53,308 nt of DNA from Ferruginibacter sp. (GCA_014377385.1 JACMPR010000160.1:1-53308), one strand, 5' to 3'. Positions 10,401 to 19,926 are shown, counted from the stretch's first letter. Translations and numbers: made by a program. Notes: generated from the letters alone by a model not told the origin.

Positions 10401-13378
10401 TTGCCACCCTTTCTTTAACGGCTGTTACAGCCGGTATGAACAATTATAAATACCGCTGCCAGGTGAGTGGCGCCTGCACACCGGTTATAAATTCCGGTAC
10501 TGCAACGCTGACGGTAAATGCGCTTCCGCAGCCAGCTTCGGCCTTCAACGGCGCAAGATGCGACCAGGGATCTATAAATATTTCAGCAAGTGCCGGTGCA
10601 GGTGAAACGATCGACTGGTACGCAGCCGCTTCAGGCGGAGCGCCGCTGACAACAGGAACGCTTTCGTTCTCCACACCTGTGATTGGCACAACCACTTCCT
10701 ATTATGCTGAATCAAGGAACACAACAACGGGTTGTATTGCTGCATCAAGAACCGGGGTAACCGCTGCTATAAATCTTTCACCATCTGCTCCGTCAGTTCT
10801 GGGCAATGCAGTTTGTGGCCCTGGCACCGTTACGCTTTCGGCAACTCCCGGTACCGGTGAAACGATCGACTGGTATGCAACAGTCTCAGGTGGTACCGCT
10901 TTACCTAGCAGCTCGTCTGTATTTACCACACCTGTTATCAACGCAACTACTGCTTATTATACGGAAGCAAGGAATATAGCAACAGGCTGTATATCTTTTA
11001 CAAGAACAGCCGTAACTGCTACGGTAAATGCTTTACCGGTTGAACCGGCAGGCACCGGAGATGCAGGATGTGGAACAACTGTCTTAACAATATTTGCAGC
11101 AGCAGGTAGCGGAGAAACCATCGATTGGTATGCCACTCCATCCGGGGGTAGCGCTTTATCAATTGGATCATCATCTTTTACAACGCCGTCGATTAGCAGC
11201 ACTATCGGCTATTATGCTGCAGCAAGAAACATTACCACAGGTTGCAGCTCCTTATTAAGAACAGCCGTGACTGCTACGATAAACCAGGCAACAAATAGTA
11301 TAACGCACATATCTATTTGTGCAACAGCCTTGCCATACATATGGAATAACAACAGTTTTAGCAGCGGAGGTGTTTATACCGTAACACTGCTAAACTCGGC
11401 AGGCTGTGACTCACTGGCAAAATTATTTTTAGATGTGGCAGCTGCTATCAATATTCAAACGGTAACGGGTGGAGGCTCTTACACGATCGGTGGTTCAGGT
11501 GTTTCTGTTGGATTGGTCAGCTCAGAAAGTGGTGTTAACTACCAGTTGTATGCAGATGGAAGTTCCGTAGGGGCCGTTGTTGCCGGTACGGGCGGAAGTA
11601 TCAGTTTTGGAAACCAGTTGCAGGAAGGGGTTTATTCAGTAGTCGCGACAACATTTGTTTGTTCCCAAACGATGTCGGGTACTGTTACCGTTAGCATCGT
11701 AAGTGGACCACCTGCCGTGTTTACGGTAACAGGTGGTGGTACTTATTGTGCCGGGGGCACAGGAATTTCTGTAGGACTTGCAGGATCCCAAACGGGTATA
11801 AACTACCAGCTGCAACGTAGTAACGGAACGGTTAATGTTGGCAGTGTGGTGACAGGAACCGGCACGGCGATAAGCTTTGGGTTGCAAACAGTGGCAGCTG
11901 ACTACTCTGTGCTGGCAACCAATACCGTTAGTCTTTTCACACAGGTTATGCTGAACGGTGTTACTATACGGATTGCTGCGCTGCGAAGTCCTTCGGCTCC
12001 CGGCGTTATAACGGGTAACGCCGATGCATGTCCATACATAGGTAATGGCACAGTTACTTACACAATCAGGCAGGCTGCAAACGCCACCTCGTATTTATGG
12101 ACTACGCCATCCGGCGCGACGATTATTGGAAACAATACCGATACAAGCGTTGTGGTTTCCTATGGTGCATCTTTTGTGTCAGGAAACCTTTCAGTAATCT
12201 CGGTAAACAGCTGTTTTGGCAATGCAGCAAGCACTGCAAGAAGCCTGGCTATCGTTAGGAAACTACCTTCCACGCCGGGTACCATCACGCCCTCCCTTTC
12301 AAATCCCTGCAGCATTGTAGGAACCGGATCTACGTCTACTTATACCATCAGGCAGGTAGCCAATGCTACCAGTTATAACTGGACGCTTTCAGGTGGTATT
12401 ACTTTAATTGCCAACCCCGGGGATACCGGTATTGTTGTAAGATTTGAACCAGGGTTTGCCTCAGGTACTGTTAGCGTGGTTGCTTCCAATAACTGTGCAA
12501 CCAGTACAGGCAGGGCACTAGCCGTAACTGCAAAAATTCCGGCAACCCCAGGCACCATTACGGGCATTACAAATGTTTGTTCTTTCGTCGGACAGGCAAC
12601 CTCAGCTACGTTTAGCATCAGTTCTGTTCCAGAGGCTGGTTCTTATTTATGGACGGCGCCTGCGAATGCAACAATTGTATCGGGACAGGGAACAACATCG
12701 GTACAGGTTAATTTCGCTGCGGGTTTTACAGGCGGAAGTTTAACAGTACGTTCAGTGGGAGTTTGCGGAAATAGCGCTGTGAGATCCCTCGCGCTTGTTA
12801 AAAATGTAGCCAGGCCCGGCGTGATAAGCGCTTCTGCGGCTGCATGTCCATCTTCAACCGTCACCTACAGCATTGCAGCTGTGCCTTACGCAGTTTCTTA
12901 TATATGGTCGATACCTGCAAACGCAACCTATGTTTCCGGACAAGGGACTCTAAGCTTTACCGTTAGTTACAAACCTGCATTTGTGTCCGGCACCATTACT
13001 GTGAAATCGGTGAACGACTGTTCTACAAGTGCGGTTAATTCCCTTGCTGTTGCTGCCTCAGGCTGTGCATTATTCACTTCTGCAAGGTCGACTGGAGTTG
13101 ATGTACCCGTAAATGACGCGCAGGAATTAAACATTTTCCCGAATCCCAACAATGGTTTGTTTACGATCAGCTGGAACGCCGGCATAACAACAGGAAAAGT
13201 ATCGGTCCGGCTGATAGATATTTACGGGAATACGGTTAAAGAACAAAAAGTTACCGCTGCTAAAGATGGGTCTGTGAAGGCAACGATGGATGCATCAATG
13301 TTAACTGGCGGCATGTACGAACTCCGCTGTTTCAATGGCAGGATGGTAAGTTCGAAGAAAGTGGTTATCATTAAATAA
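7412..13378 (+). CDS. M36 (fungalysin) metallopeptidase with Ig-like/PKD-like repeats and T9SS type A C-terminal domain
   Basis: Signal peptide from M28 (7412), FTP/PepSY propeptide, GFDEPSGNFQ, HEYTHGISNRLTGG, GEGWSD and VHVIGEIW motifs; C-terminal IFPNPNNG.F...GMYELR...SKKVVIIK. Confidence 0.93.
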   Translation: MKKHLLLFFALIYCITGIAQFNKEENQLALALVKANSKALSLSDKDMDNLLVSSTYQTTTDRIRMVYLQQTFKGIPVFNQMQVLAFKNSELVSASGGRITGIEQLVNNPAAAPKVMARDAVIAAIRNRDLPVPVVITALQQKEGKTVFGRLGIALQDITAELVWLPVNSKEVRLAWEIELVPQKSADHWMIRVDAANSVILDKNNLTVYEHLPETVNNISITPAGSNGNDINGSTGNIPNSPLVVNAATYRVVPYPAESPIHAGGTAALVTDPWNLSAGNAVSLKWHFDGTTYHDSTRGNNVWAQEDRDNNNNTFGKTAISTTAQPTLSFDFVPNFTLAPTVTVNQQFATTNLFYWNNIMHDISYLYGFDEPSGNFQASNQGRGGAGNDYVIADAQDAGGTSNANFSTPVDGSRPRMQMYLFTGTTPNRDGDLDNGVVNHEYTHGISNRLTGGPANSSCLANAEQGGEGWSDYFALMTTTNWATAQVTDGALSRPLGTYVLGQPVTGAGIRTYPYSTNLSVNPWTYASMAGSGGEVHVIGEIWCAALWDMTWEMIAQDGINPNLFNATATGGNTAAMKLVMEGMRLQPCSPGYIDARNAILKADTLFFAAKYSCSIWKAFAKRGMGKFASQGSSNSTTDQVASFVDNSGLGLLLTQNVTSQQEGLNVTYTNHVSAGTCGSLSNYVLTDTLPANVTYLSGGAYNAGTRVVSFPVNIAQGGSQDYAFTVTINTGSYFSPVSLINEQVTGTAGTIPPGWTAASTTTSVWTTHNTRSNSAPNSFFTSNRTTVSDQTLATTGSFALGTTPPNLSFWHWYNAEPAWDGGVVEISTNGGTIWSDLGPKIISGNYNGSLSSSTNPLSGRLAFTGNSGAFVKTVVDLSSYANQNAKFRFRFGSDGSVAAIGWNVDDILLQSTAIVNMRSNLYNGLNVKVSISDTITNILPSSCITGTITTQPSGASVCAGANAALDIVASGSSLSYQWQLSTDGGSSYSNIAAETIATLSLTAVTAGMNNYKYRCQVSGACTPVINSGTATLTVNALPQPASAFNGARCDQGSINISASAGAGETIDWYAAASGGAPLTTGTLSFSTPVIGTTTSYYAESRNTTTGCIAASRTGVTAAINLSPSAPSVLGNAVCGPGTVTLSATPGTGETIDWYATVSGGTALPSSSSVFTTPVINATTAYYTEARNIATGCISFTRTAVTATVNALPVEPAGTGDAGCGTTVLTIFAAAGSGETIDWYATPSGGSALSIGSSSFTTPSISSTIGYYAAARNITTGCSSLLRTAVTATINQATNSITHISICATALPYIWNNNSFSSGGVYTVTLLNSAGCDSLAKLFLDVAAAINIQTVTGGGSYTIGGSGVSVGLVSSESGVNYQLYADGSSVGAVVAGTGGSISFGNQLQEGVYSVVATTFVCSQTMSGTVTVSIVSGPPAVFTVTGGGTYCAGGTGISVGLAGSQTGINYQLQRSNGTVNVGSVVTGTGTAISFGLQTVAADYSVLATNTVSLFTQVMLNGVTIRIAALRSPSAPGVITGNADACPYIGNGTVTYTIRQAANATSYLWTTPSGATIIGNNTDTSVVVSYGASFVSGNLSVISVNSCFGNAASTARSLAIVRKLPSTPGTITPSLSNPCSIVGTGSTSTYTIRQVANATSYNWTLSGGITLIANPGDTGIVVRFEPGFASGTVSVVASNNCATSTGRALAVTAKIPATPGTITGITNVCSFVGQATSATFSISSVPEAGSYLWTAPANATIVSGQGTTSVQVNFAAGFTGGSLTVRSVGVCGNSAVRSLALVKNVARPGVISASAAACPSSTVTYSIAAVPYAVSYIWSIPANATYVSGQGTLSFTVSYKPAFVSGTITVKSVNDCSTSAVNSLAVAASGCALFTSARSTGVDVPVNDAQELNIFPNPNNGLFTISWNAGITTGKVSVRLIDIYGNTVKEQKVTAAKDGSVKATMDASMLTGGMYELRCFNGRMVSSKKVVIIK
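10530..11285 (+). repeat. Three tandem 85-aa Ig-like repeats inside the M36 gene
   Basis: GETIDWYA is encoded at 10601, 10856 and 11111 (255-nt period) with high DNA similarity. Confidence 0.85.
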
Positions 13379-13423
13379 CGTGGATCAGATCTCTCTCTTG
13401 ATTGACAGGTATGATTCCGGCGA

Positions 13424-13472
13424 TATAAAAAAAATCCGGGTAGCAGAAATAAGCTACCCGGATTTTTTTATA
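13424..13472. terminator. Bidirectional intrinsic terminator
   Basis: aaaaaaatccgggtagc-agaaataa-gctacccggattttttt between convergent genes. Confidence 0.88.
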
Positions 13473-13481
13473 CGTTCTCTC

Positions 13482-14192
13482 TTAATGTTTCATGAAACGC
13501 GGCATACTGGTGAATACAAGACCTACATTGAACTGGCTCAATTTATCAATAGGTGCACCGGCAAGTGTTTGATTGTCGCTGCTTTTCCAGGCCTTATCTT
13601 TAAAGCTGCCATTGTAACCAACCCGGAGACCAATGGAAGAATAAGGATGTTTCGCAGATCTTACTGCAAAGCCAAGGCCCAGCCGATAATTAAAAAAAGC
13701 ATTTTTGAAGTCAACAGGCCTGATATTATTTTGCGCCGCTGGTGACTGGAGCACGTCATTAAAATTAACCAGGGAATTGTCTTTGTAGAAACGTGCCTGG
13801 TAATTTTGTCCACCAATTCCAACAAGTGGATAGAGCATGATGTTTTCGTTTTTGATAAGGTCATAACCGAAATCGATCCCAACTCCTAAATACCGGAGGG
13901 TGCTGCTCTTCTTTTCGCGGTCGCCACTCATGCTACTGCCCGCTGTTAATATGAAATCGGATACAAATCTTTTAAAAACTCTTACCGAGCCTACTTCAAG
14001 GGTTGCGGTATAATCTCTTAAGGTTTTTAATTCCGGCCTGGTTGCGATGCGGCTATTGAGGCCATCAAATTTTTGGAAACTAACACCTAAGCTGCGGTAC
14101 AAAATGGGTGGTACGAATTCTTTGGAACTGTCTTTCTGCGCATACGAAGAAAGTGAAAGGATTGTCATCAGAAGTAACATGCTGATTTTCAT
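13482..14192 (-). CDS. Secreted hypothetical protein, probable small outer-membrane beta-barrel
   Basis: Signal peptide MKISMLLL...SYAQ; alternating beta-strand patterns (GVGIDFGYDL, LYPLVGIG, YRLGLGF, IGLRVGY, FNVGLVF). Confidence 0.75.
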   Translation of the reverse strand: MKISMLLLMTILSLSSYAQKDSSKEFVPPILYRSLGVSFQKFDGLNSRIATRPELKTLRDYTATLEVGSVRVFKRFVSDFILTAGSSMSGDREKKSSTLRYLGVGIDFGYDLIKNENIMLYPLVGIGGQNYQARFYKDNSLVNFNDVLQSPAAQNNIRPVDFKNAFFNYRLGLGFAVRSAKHPYSSIGLRVGYNGSFKDKAWKSSDNQTLAGAPIDKLSQFNVGLVFTSMPRFMKH

Positions 14193-14239
14193 AATGTGTA
14201 TTTTTTGGAATTACAACAAATCTATGACCAAAAAGTTTG

Positions 14240-14265
14240 GACGCATTGCTGGAGTGTTAGTGACA
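14240..14265 (-). promoter_or_regulatory. Putative ECF-sigma promoter TGTCAC-N16-CGTC
   Basis: Minus strand reads TGTCAC taacactccagcaatg CGTC, about 48 nt upstream of the ATG at 14192. Confidence 0.55.
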
Positions 14266-14306
14266 GCGGGTGAACTGTAACAAGAAATGCCTTCTACCTG
14301 AAGATT

Positions 14307-14564
14307 TTACAAATTCCCTTCTTTTAAATTCTTTTTCGGTTCAGCCAGCCTGCCTCTCTTGTAAATGATCAGCCCGTTCAAAAAATTGCGTAATACCTGG
14401 TCGCCGGCCTCTACATACCCCGGGTGGTCTTCATTGCGAAAGAGGTCGCCGAGGGCGCCTTTGGTTATTTTGAAATCAACAAGAGCAAGGATCTCAAGGA
14501 TTTCCTCATTTTTAAGTGAGAGGGCTACCCTTAATTTTTTTAATATATCGTTGTTGCTAAGCAT
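14307..14564 (-). CDS. DUF1456 (YehS-like) family protein
   Basis: NNDILKKLRVAL...D..LRNFLNGLI..KRG motif; start taken at MLSNND. Confidence 0.88.
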   Translation of the reverse strand: MLSNNDILKKLRVALSLKNEEILEILALVDFKITKGALGDLFRNEDHPGYVEAGDQVLRNFLNGLIIYKRGRLAEPKKNLKEGNL

Positions 14565-14675
14565 GAAGCTGGTTTTTGTGGGCATAAAGTTAAGCTAAAA
14601 CCGGGCGGCCGGTTAACCGCACCGGTGCGCATTGGCTGGGCCGCCAAATAGTGCCGACTAGCTGCTTACTATCGC

Positions 14676-15095
14676 CTAAAACAACTTCATGCCGTAATGC
14701 CCGATAGTTGTAAATAATGCGCATCTTACGAAAACGCCGACACAACACCAGGTAATCAATTTCCTTTGCGGAACATTGAAGCCTACACCAACAGCAAGGC
14801 TCACGGGAGCGCCGACCGTCATCGTTCCAAGAAACCCAAGTCCTATAATGCCATATTTATTCCAGATGCGATAAACAATTCCTGTTTTCGGTTTTTGTTC
14901 TTTGAGAGGTTTGTTGCGGTTAAGGAATTTTCGGATCGAATCACCAAGAAATGCTGCAATAAATGCACCGGCCAAACCACCGACGCAGCTGGCCGTAAAT
15001 ATGGTGAGCGGATGTAATCCTAAGGCAAACCCTGCCGGGATAGCCGCATAAACTTCAAAAGCAGCAAGGCCTGCAACGGTAAATATTTCTAACAT
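14676..15095 (-). CDS. Small multidrug-export-like membrane protein
   Basis: E..AAIPAG.ALG and IWNKYGIIGLG motifs; four TM segments. Confidence 0.75.
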   Translation of the reverse strand: MLEIFTVAGLAAFEVYAAIPAGFALGLHPLTIFTASCVGGLAGAFIAAFLGDSIRKFLNRNKPLKEQKPKTGIVYRIWNKYGIIGLGFLGTMTVGAPVSLAVGVGFNVPQRKLITWCCVGVFVRCALFTTIGHYGMKLF

Positions 15096-15425
15096 GATAT
15101 GAAGTAAAAATTCAATTTCAATTATATTAATAACTTCGGGCCGCAAGATAGGAACAGTTTAAGGCCGTAATATTTTTTTAACAAACTATGCATGCTTTCT
15201 TACGAACAGGAATTGGCATCGCAACATTTGTTATCCTCTAAATTATTTCCTGCATCAGGTTACCAAGTGGACCCCAAAGCGGGAAACCAGCAACGATCAA
15301 CCAAACAAGCAATCGCAAACAGGATGATATTAAAGAGAAAGATTCCTACAAACCAGCATAATCTTTAATTTTGCTATCTTGACGAGGTTTTTATTTAATT
15401 TATTCTAAACTCCGGGTTTCTATCG

Positions 15426-18400
15426 ATGCAAAAGAAAAACACGAAAGGAAAAATTCGCTTTAATTTTATCGCAGCTATTTTGTGCATCTGTTTTTTTGTA
15501 TTGATAACGTACCGCAATATGTTACTGACCGAATCGGAGAGCAGCTACATAAAATCTTCACTGGAAGTTTTACTTAAACTGGAAGACATCCTCACAGATG
15601 TACAGGATATCGAAACTGGCCAGAGGGGTTTTGTTATCTCAGGAGATACGCACTTTCTTGATCCATATTTCTCCGGCCTTATAAAACTTAAACGGGATAC
15701 AACAATACTCAATACTTTAACGCTTAACGATCCCTCAACAAAAGAGGAGCATGATGCATTGCTGAAGCTGGTGGGGGAAAAAGCGCAGTTTTCCAAGTTC
15801 GTGGTAGAAGCCCGCAAAGTATATGGCTATGATTCTGCCGCCTCGTACATTAAAAAGGAACATGGCCTGGTATTGATGAATGAGATACGCCAGAAGGTGG
15901 CCACACTGGAAAATAAAGACAGGGATTTATTCAGAAAATCCAACCTTAAACGCGAGCAATTGTCACAAAAAAGATCCTGGCAATTATTCTCCCTCGCTAT
16001 TATATTCTTTATTATCCTTTTTATCAATTACCGGGTTATCATCACGGATTATGATCTTCAGCAAAAAAGTGAGCGGTTGCTTAAATACAATGCTTCACTT
16101 ATCGGTAATATTTCTGATGCGGTGATCACGACTGATAAAGATTATAAAATTTCCAATTGGAATATTCATGCACAGGAAATGTATGGTTACAATGAAGAAG
16201 AAGTGCTGGGGCGAACGGTGGGAGAAGTATTCAGGATTAACTACGAAGACAACACCCAACCCGATTTATTGAAGGAATATACCATGAACGATAACTGGAA
16301 GGGTGAGGTGATTCATTATAATAAAAGCAACCAGCCACTCAATGTGGACGTGGCCGTTTCTTCAATTAAAGATGTGGAAGGTAACAATGTAGGCACTGTT
16401 TCCGTTATCAGGAATGTGACCGAACGCAATAAAATTGAAAGGCAATTAAAACAGCTTACCACAAATCTTGAAGAAGAAGTAAAGATTAAGGTAGCGGAGT
16501 TAAATGCGGTGTTTGAAAGGATAACAGACGCCTTTATTGCGCTTGACAATGACTGGCGTTATGTATACGTAAATAATAAGGCTGCCGAAATGCACAATTG
16601 GGATGGTAAAGACCTTATCGGTAAAATTATATGGGATGTAAATCCGGATGTCGTGGATGAACCTTTTTACGACGCCCTCCAGGAAGCAAAAAGATCCCGC
16701 CAGTCGCAGCGCCTGGAATTATATTATTCCAAAAACGATAAATGGTTTGAAGACCTGATATACCCTTCTGCAGATGGAATGTCGGTTTACTACCACGACA
16801 TAACAGAAAAAAAGAAAGCAGAACAAAGATTGCTTGCATCTGAACAGGAATTGAAAATATCTAATGAACGATTTATGCTGGTGGCAAAAGCTACCAATGA
16901 TGCCGTATGGGATTGGGATATGGCAACCGATGTCATCTGGGGAAACGAGAGTTTCTGTAATATCTTCGACATCGACATCAACCAGAAAATAACTTTTGAG
17001 GAATTTACTTCCCGCCTGCACAACGAAGATAAGAATGCCGTTCTGTCGAACTTTGAAATGGCTTTAAAAAACAAAACTACCTATATTATCGAAGAATTCA
17101 GGTTTAAGAATAAGGCCGGTGTTTACCTCACTTTGTACGACCGTGCCTACGTGATGTACAACAGTGAAGGTCGTGCTTACAGGATGTTGGGTGCTATGCA
17201 GGATATTACCGAACAAAAAAATGCACAATACCAGCTTGTACTGGAAAAAGAATTGTCTGATTCTATTATCAACAGCCTGCCAGGCGTGTTTTACCTGTAC
17301 AACCAGGAAGGAAAGTTTTATCGCTGGAACCGGAACTTTGAACAGGTAACAGGTTACAGCGCAGACGAGATAAGCAAATTGCACCCGCTTGATCTTTTTG
17401 TGGAAGACCAAAAAGAACTTCTCAGAAATAAAATTGCAAATGTTTTTAAGAACGGTGAAGATAATATTGAAGCCAACTTTCGCCTTAAAGACGGCAGTAC
17501 AATTCCTTATTACTTAAATGGTATGGTGATCAATTATGAAGGAGAGAACTGTTTGATGGGTGTAGGAATAGATATTTCTGAAAAAGTACAATCGCAACAG
17601 GAATTACAGGAAAGTGAAGCAAAGTACCGCACCCTGATAGAACAGGCCTCGGATGGCATATTCATAAGTAACCAGCAGGGCGATTACCTGGATGTAAATA
17701 CAAGTGCGACTATGCTTACCGGTTATGAGAAGGACGAGTTGTTGAAATTGAATATCCGCGACATTTTATTTGAGAATGGCATTACCACAGAAAAACCAAA
17801 TAATATGCTGGCCGAGGTACTGAAAGGGCAGGTTGTGATCAACGAGAGAATGATGCGGCAAAAGAATGGTAATATTATTAATGTAGAGATAAGTTCCAAA
17901 CTATTGCCGGATGGGCGGTTCCAGGGAATTATCCGGGATATTACCGCACGTAAAAAAACCGAGGAAGAGATGCGGATGTCGGAACACAAGTACCGGTTGC
18001 TGTTTAACCAGAATCCAATGCCGATGTCGATGATATCATTACCACAGCGAAATTTCCTGGATGTAAACGATGCTGCCATAGAATTTTATGGCTATACAAA
18101 AAAGGAATTCCTGGAAATGAATATCAAAGACCTGCGGCCCGAAGAAGAGATAATCAACCTACCGGATATCAGCACCTATAAAGCGGGTATTAATAATACG
18201 GGTATCTGGCGCCATAGAAAAAAGGATGGTACCATTGTTAAAGTAAATATCATCACACATGATATCATCAATGAAGGGAAGCACGCCAAGCTGTTGTTGG
18301 CAAATGACATTACAGAAAAAATAATGGCGGAAGAGAAACTAAAAAAATCGCACGAGGACCTTCGGCAGCTAGCCACGCATCTGCAGGATATTCGGGAAGA

Positions 18401-19004
18401 TGAACGTACCCGTATCGCCCGGGAGATTCATGATGAGCTTGGCCAACAGCTCACCGGACTGAAAATGGATATATCGTGGCTAAGTAAAAAAATAAGCAAT
18501 GGCAGCGTGGAGATAAATCAAAAAATGACAGAAGCGTTAAAACTAATAGATGAAACCGTGAAGACCGTCCGGAGGATCGCTACGCAATTAAGGCCAAGCA
18601 TCCTGGACGATTTGGGGTTGATATCTGCAATGGAATGGCAAAGTGAAGAATTTGAAAAAAGATTTAAGATCAAGACTTCTTTTGTTTCTAACAGCGCAAC
18701 GGTACAGGTTGAATCAGAGATCGCGACCGGCCTGTTTAGAATATACCAGGAAAGCCTGACCAATGTACTGAGGCATTCCAAAGCAACCCAGGTAAAGGCA
18801 ACACTGAATGCCAGCCACGAGTTACTTATATTACACATTGCAGATAATGGCATAGGATTTAATGCCATCGAGAATGAAAGTAAAAAAACACTTGGTTTAT
18901 TAGGAATGAAAGAACGAACTTTAATCATGGGCGGTACATATGAAATAACGAGTAAGCCCGGAAATGGTACGACCGTCGTCATAACCGTGCCAGTCAATAA
19001 TTGA
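15426..19004 (+). CDS. Sensor histidine kinase (CHASE3, six PAS/PAC, HisKA_3, HATPase)
   Basis: DIETGQRGFVISGD..FLDPY (CHASE3); six PAS starts; H-box IAREIHDELGQQLT; QESLTNVLRHS, DNGIGF and LGLLGMKER. Confidence 0.94.
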   Translation: MQKKNTKGKIRFNFIAAILCICFFVLITYRNMLLTESESSYIKSSLEVLLKLEDILTDVQDIETGQRGFVISGDTHFLDPYFSGLIKLKRDTTILNTLTLNDPSTKEEHDALLKLVGEKAQFSKFVVEARKVYGYDSAASYIKKEHGLVLMNEIRQKVATLENKDRDLFRKSNLKREQLSQKRSWQLFSLAIIFFIILFINYRVIITDYDLQQKSERLLKYNASLIGNISDAVITTDKDYKISNWNIHAQEMYGYNEEEVLGRTVGEVFRINYEDNTQPDLLKEYTMNDNWKGEVIHYNKSNQPLNVDVAVSSIKDVEGNNVGTVSVIRNVTERNKIERQLKQLTTNLEEEVKIKVAELNAVFERITDAFIALDNDWRYVYVNNKAAEMHNWDGKDLIGKIIWDVNPDVVDEPFYDALQEAKRSRQSQRLELYYSKNDKWFEDLIYPSADGMSVYYHDITEKKKAEQRLLASEQELKISNERFMLVAKATNDAVWDWDMATDVIWGNESFCNIFDIDINQKITFEEFTSRLHNEDKNAVLSNFEMALKNKTTYIIEEFRFKNKAGVYLTLYDRAYVMYNSEGRAYRMLGAMQDITEQKNAQYQLVLEKELSDSIINSLPGVFYLYNQEGKFYRWNRNFEQVTGYSADEISKLHPLDLFVEDQKELLRNKIANVFKNGEDNIEANFRLKDGSTIPYYLNGMVINYEGENCLMGVGIDISEKVQSQQELQESEAKYRTLIEQASDGIFISNQQGDYLDVNTSATMLTGYEKDELLKLNIRDILFENGITTEKPNNMLAEVLKGQVVINERMMRQKNGNIINVEISSKLLPDGRFQGIIRDITARKKTEEEMRMSEHKYRLLFNQNPMPMSMISLPQRNFLDVNDAAIEFYGYTKKEFLEMNIKDLRPEEEIINLPDISTYKAGINNTGIWRHRKKDGTIVKVNIITHDIINEGKHAKLLLANDITEKIMAEEKLKKSHEDLRQLATHLQDIREDERTRIAREIHDELGQQLTGLKMDISWLSKKISNGSVEINQKMTEALKLIDETVKTVRRIATQLRPSILDDLGLISAMEWQSEEFEKRFKIKTSFVSNSATVQVESEIATGLFRIYQESLTNVLRHSKATQVKATLNASHELLILHIADNGIGFNAIENESKKTLGLLGMKERTLIMGGTYEITSKPGNGTTVVITVPVNN

Positions 19005-19066
19005 TTGCTGGTATTCGAAAGCTTTGAACTACCTAAGTTACATTTGTTAAAAAGATACATTAAACA

Positions 19067-19696
19067 ATGATTCGCATTTTAATCGCAGATGATCATAGTG
19101 TTGTAAGAAAGGGCCTGAGGCAAATTCTTTTGGAAGGGTTTCCTACGGCTCATATTGAAGAAGTGCCGGATGCTGAAGAAATGATCAAAAAGATCATGCA
19201 GTCTCCGTGGGATGTGGTGATTAGTGACCTGTCGATGCCAGGTCGCAGCGGGCTAGAAGCATTGTCACAACTAAAGCAGATCAATCCAAAATTACCAGTG
19301 CTTATTCTAAGCATACACCCGGAGGATCAATATGCGATCCGTGTTTTAAAAGCAGGCGCTTCAGGCTATCTGAGTAAGGACATGGCGCCCGACGAATTGG
19401 TGAATGCTGTTCAAAGGGTGATGCTGGGTAAAAAATACATCACCGCTTCTATCGCAGAAAAACTGGCTTCTGTACTCGACCAGGATTCCGGCAAAGCAGC
19501 ACATGAAAGTTTATCCGACAGGGAATTCAGCGTACTTAAATTACTTGCCGCAGGTAAATCGGTTTCTGAAATAGCAGAATCTCTTTTCTTAAGTGTTACT
19601 ACCGTAAGTACTTACCGGTCCAGGATCATGGCTAAAATGGGCATGAAAAATAATGCTGACCTTACGCTATATTCGATAGAACATAAGCTTATTTAA
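19067..19696 (+). CDS. NarL/UvrY-family response regulator (REC + LuxR HTH)
   Basis: IADDH..VRKG, DLSMPG, GASGYLSK and LSDREF...GKSVSEIA..LFLS..TVSTYR. Confidence 0.95.
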   Translation: MIRILIADDHSVVRKGLRQILLEGFPTAHIEEVPDAEEMIKKIMQSPWDVVISDLSMPGRSGLEALSQLKQINPKLPVLILSIHPEDQYAIRVLKAGASGYLSKDMAPDELVNAVQRVMLGKKYITASIAEKLASVLDQDSGKAAHESLSDREFSVLKLLAAGKSVSEIAESLFLSVTTVSTYRSRIMAKMGMKNNADLTLYSIEHKLI

Positions 19697-19835
19697 CTGG
19701 TCATAATTGTCATCTTGTATTACCCTACTTTGTTTCAGAGAAAGAAATGACTTCTCCCAATTATTTGGATAGCCGCAGTACCGACAATAATCTACCCACC
19801 CGATACCAATTCATATTTATTTAATTCATAATAGC

Positions 19836-19853
19836 CGTAGTATATATTCTACA
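19836..19853. promoter_or_regulatory. Putative response-regulator binding palindrome GTAG-N8-CTAC
   Basis: cGTAGtatatattCTACa upstream of the single-domain regulator. Confidence 0.4.
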
Positions 19854-19926
19854 ACTATTAAAGGGCAGCCGCTACTTTTCCAGCCGCTGGTAGTATCTAC
19901 CTTGCTTAACGAAACCAGCAAGCAAA

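Noticed and set aside
10444-11202. Three similar minus-strand ORFs (YQSIVSP)
   Set aside because: Antisense images of the three Ig-like repeats in the M36 gene.
10530-11285. Diversity-generating retroelement template/variable repeats
   Set aside because: The repeats are in-frame domain duplications, differences are not adenine-specific by eye, and no reverse transcriptase is present.
13380-13745. 121-aa plus-strand ORF after the M36 gene
   Set aside because: It runs through a bidirectional terminator and overlaps a credible minus-strand gene.
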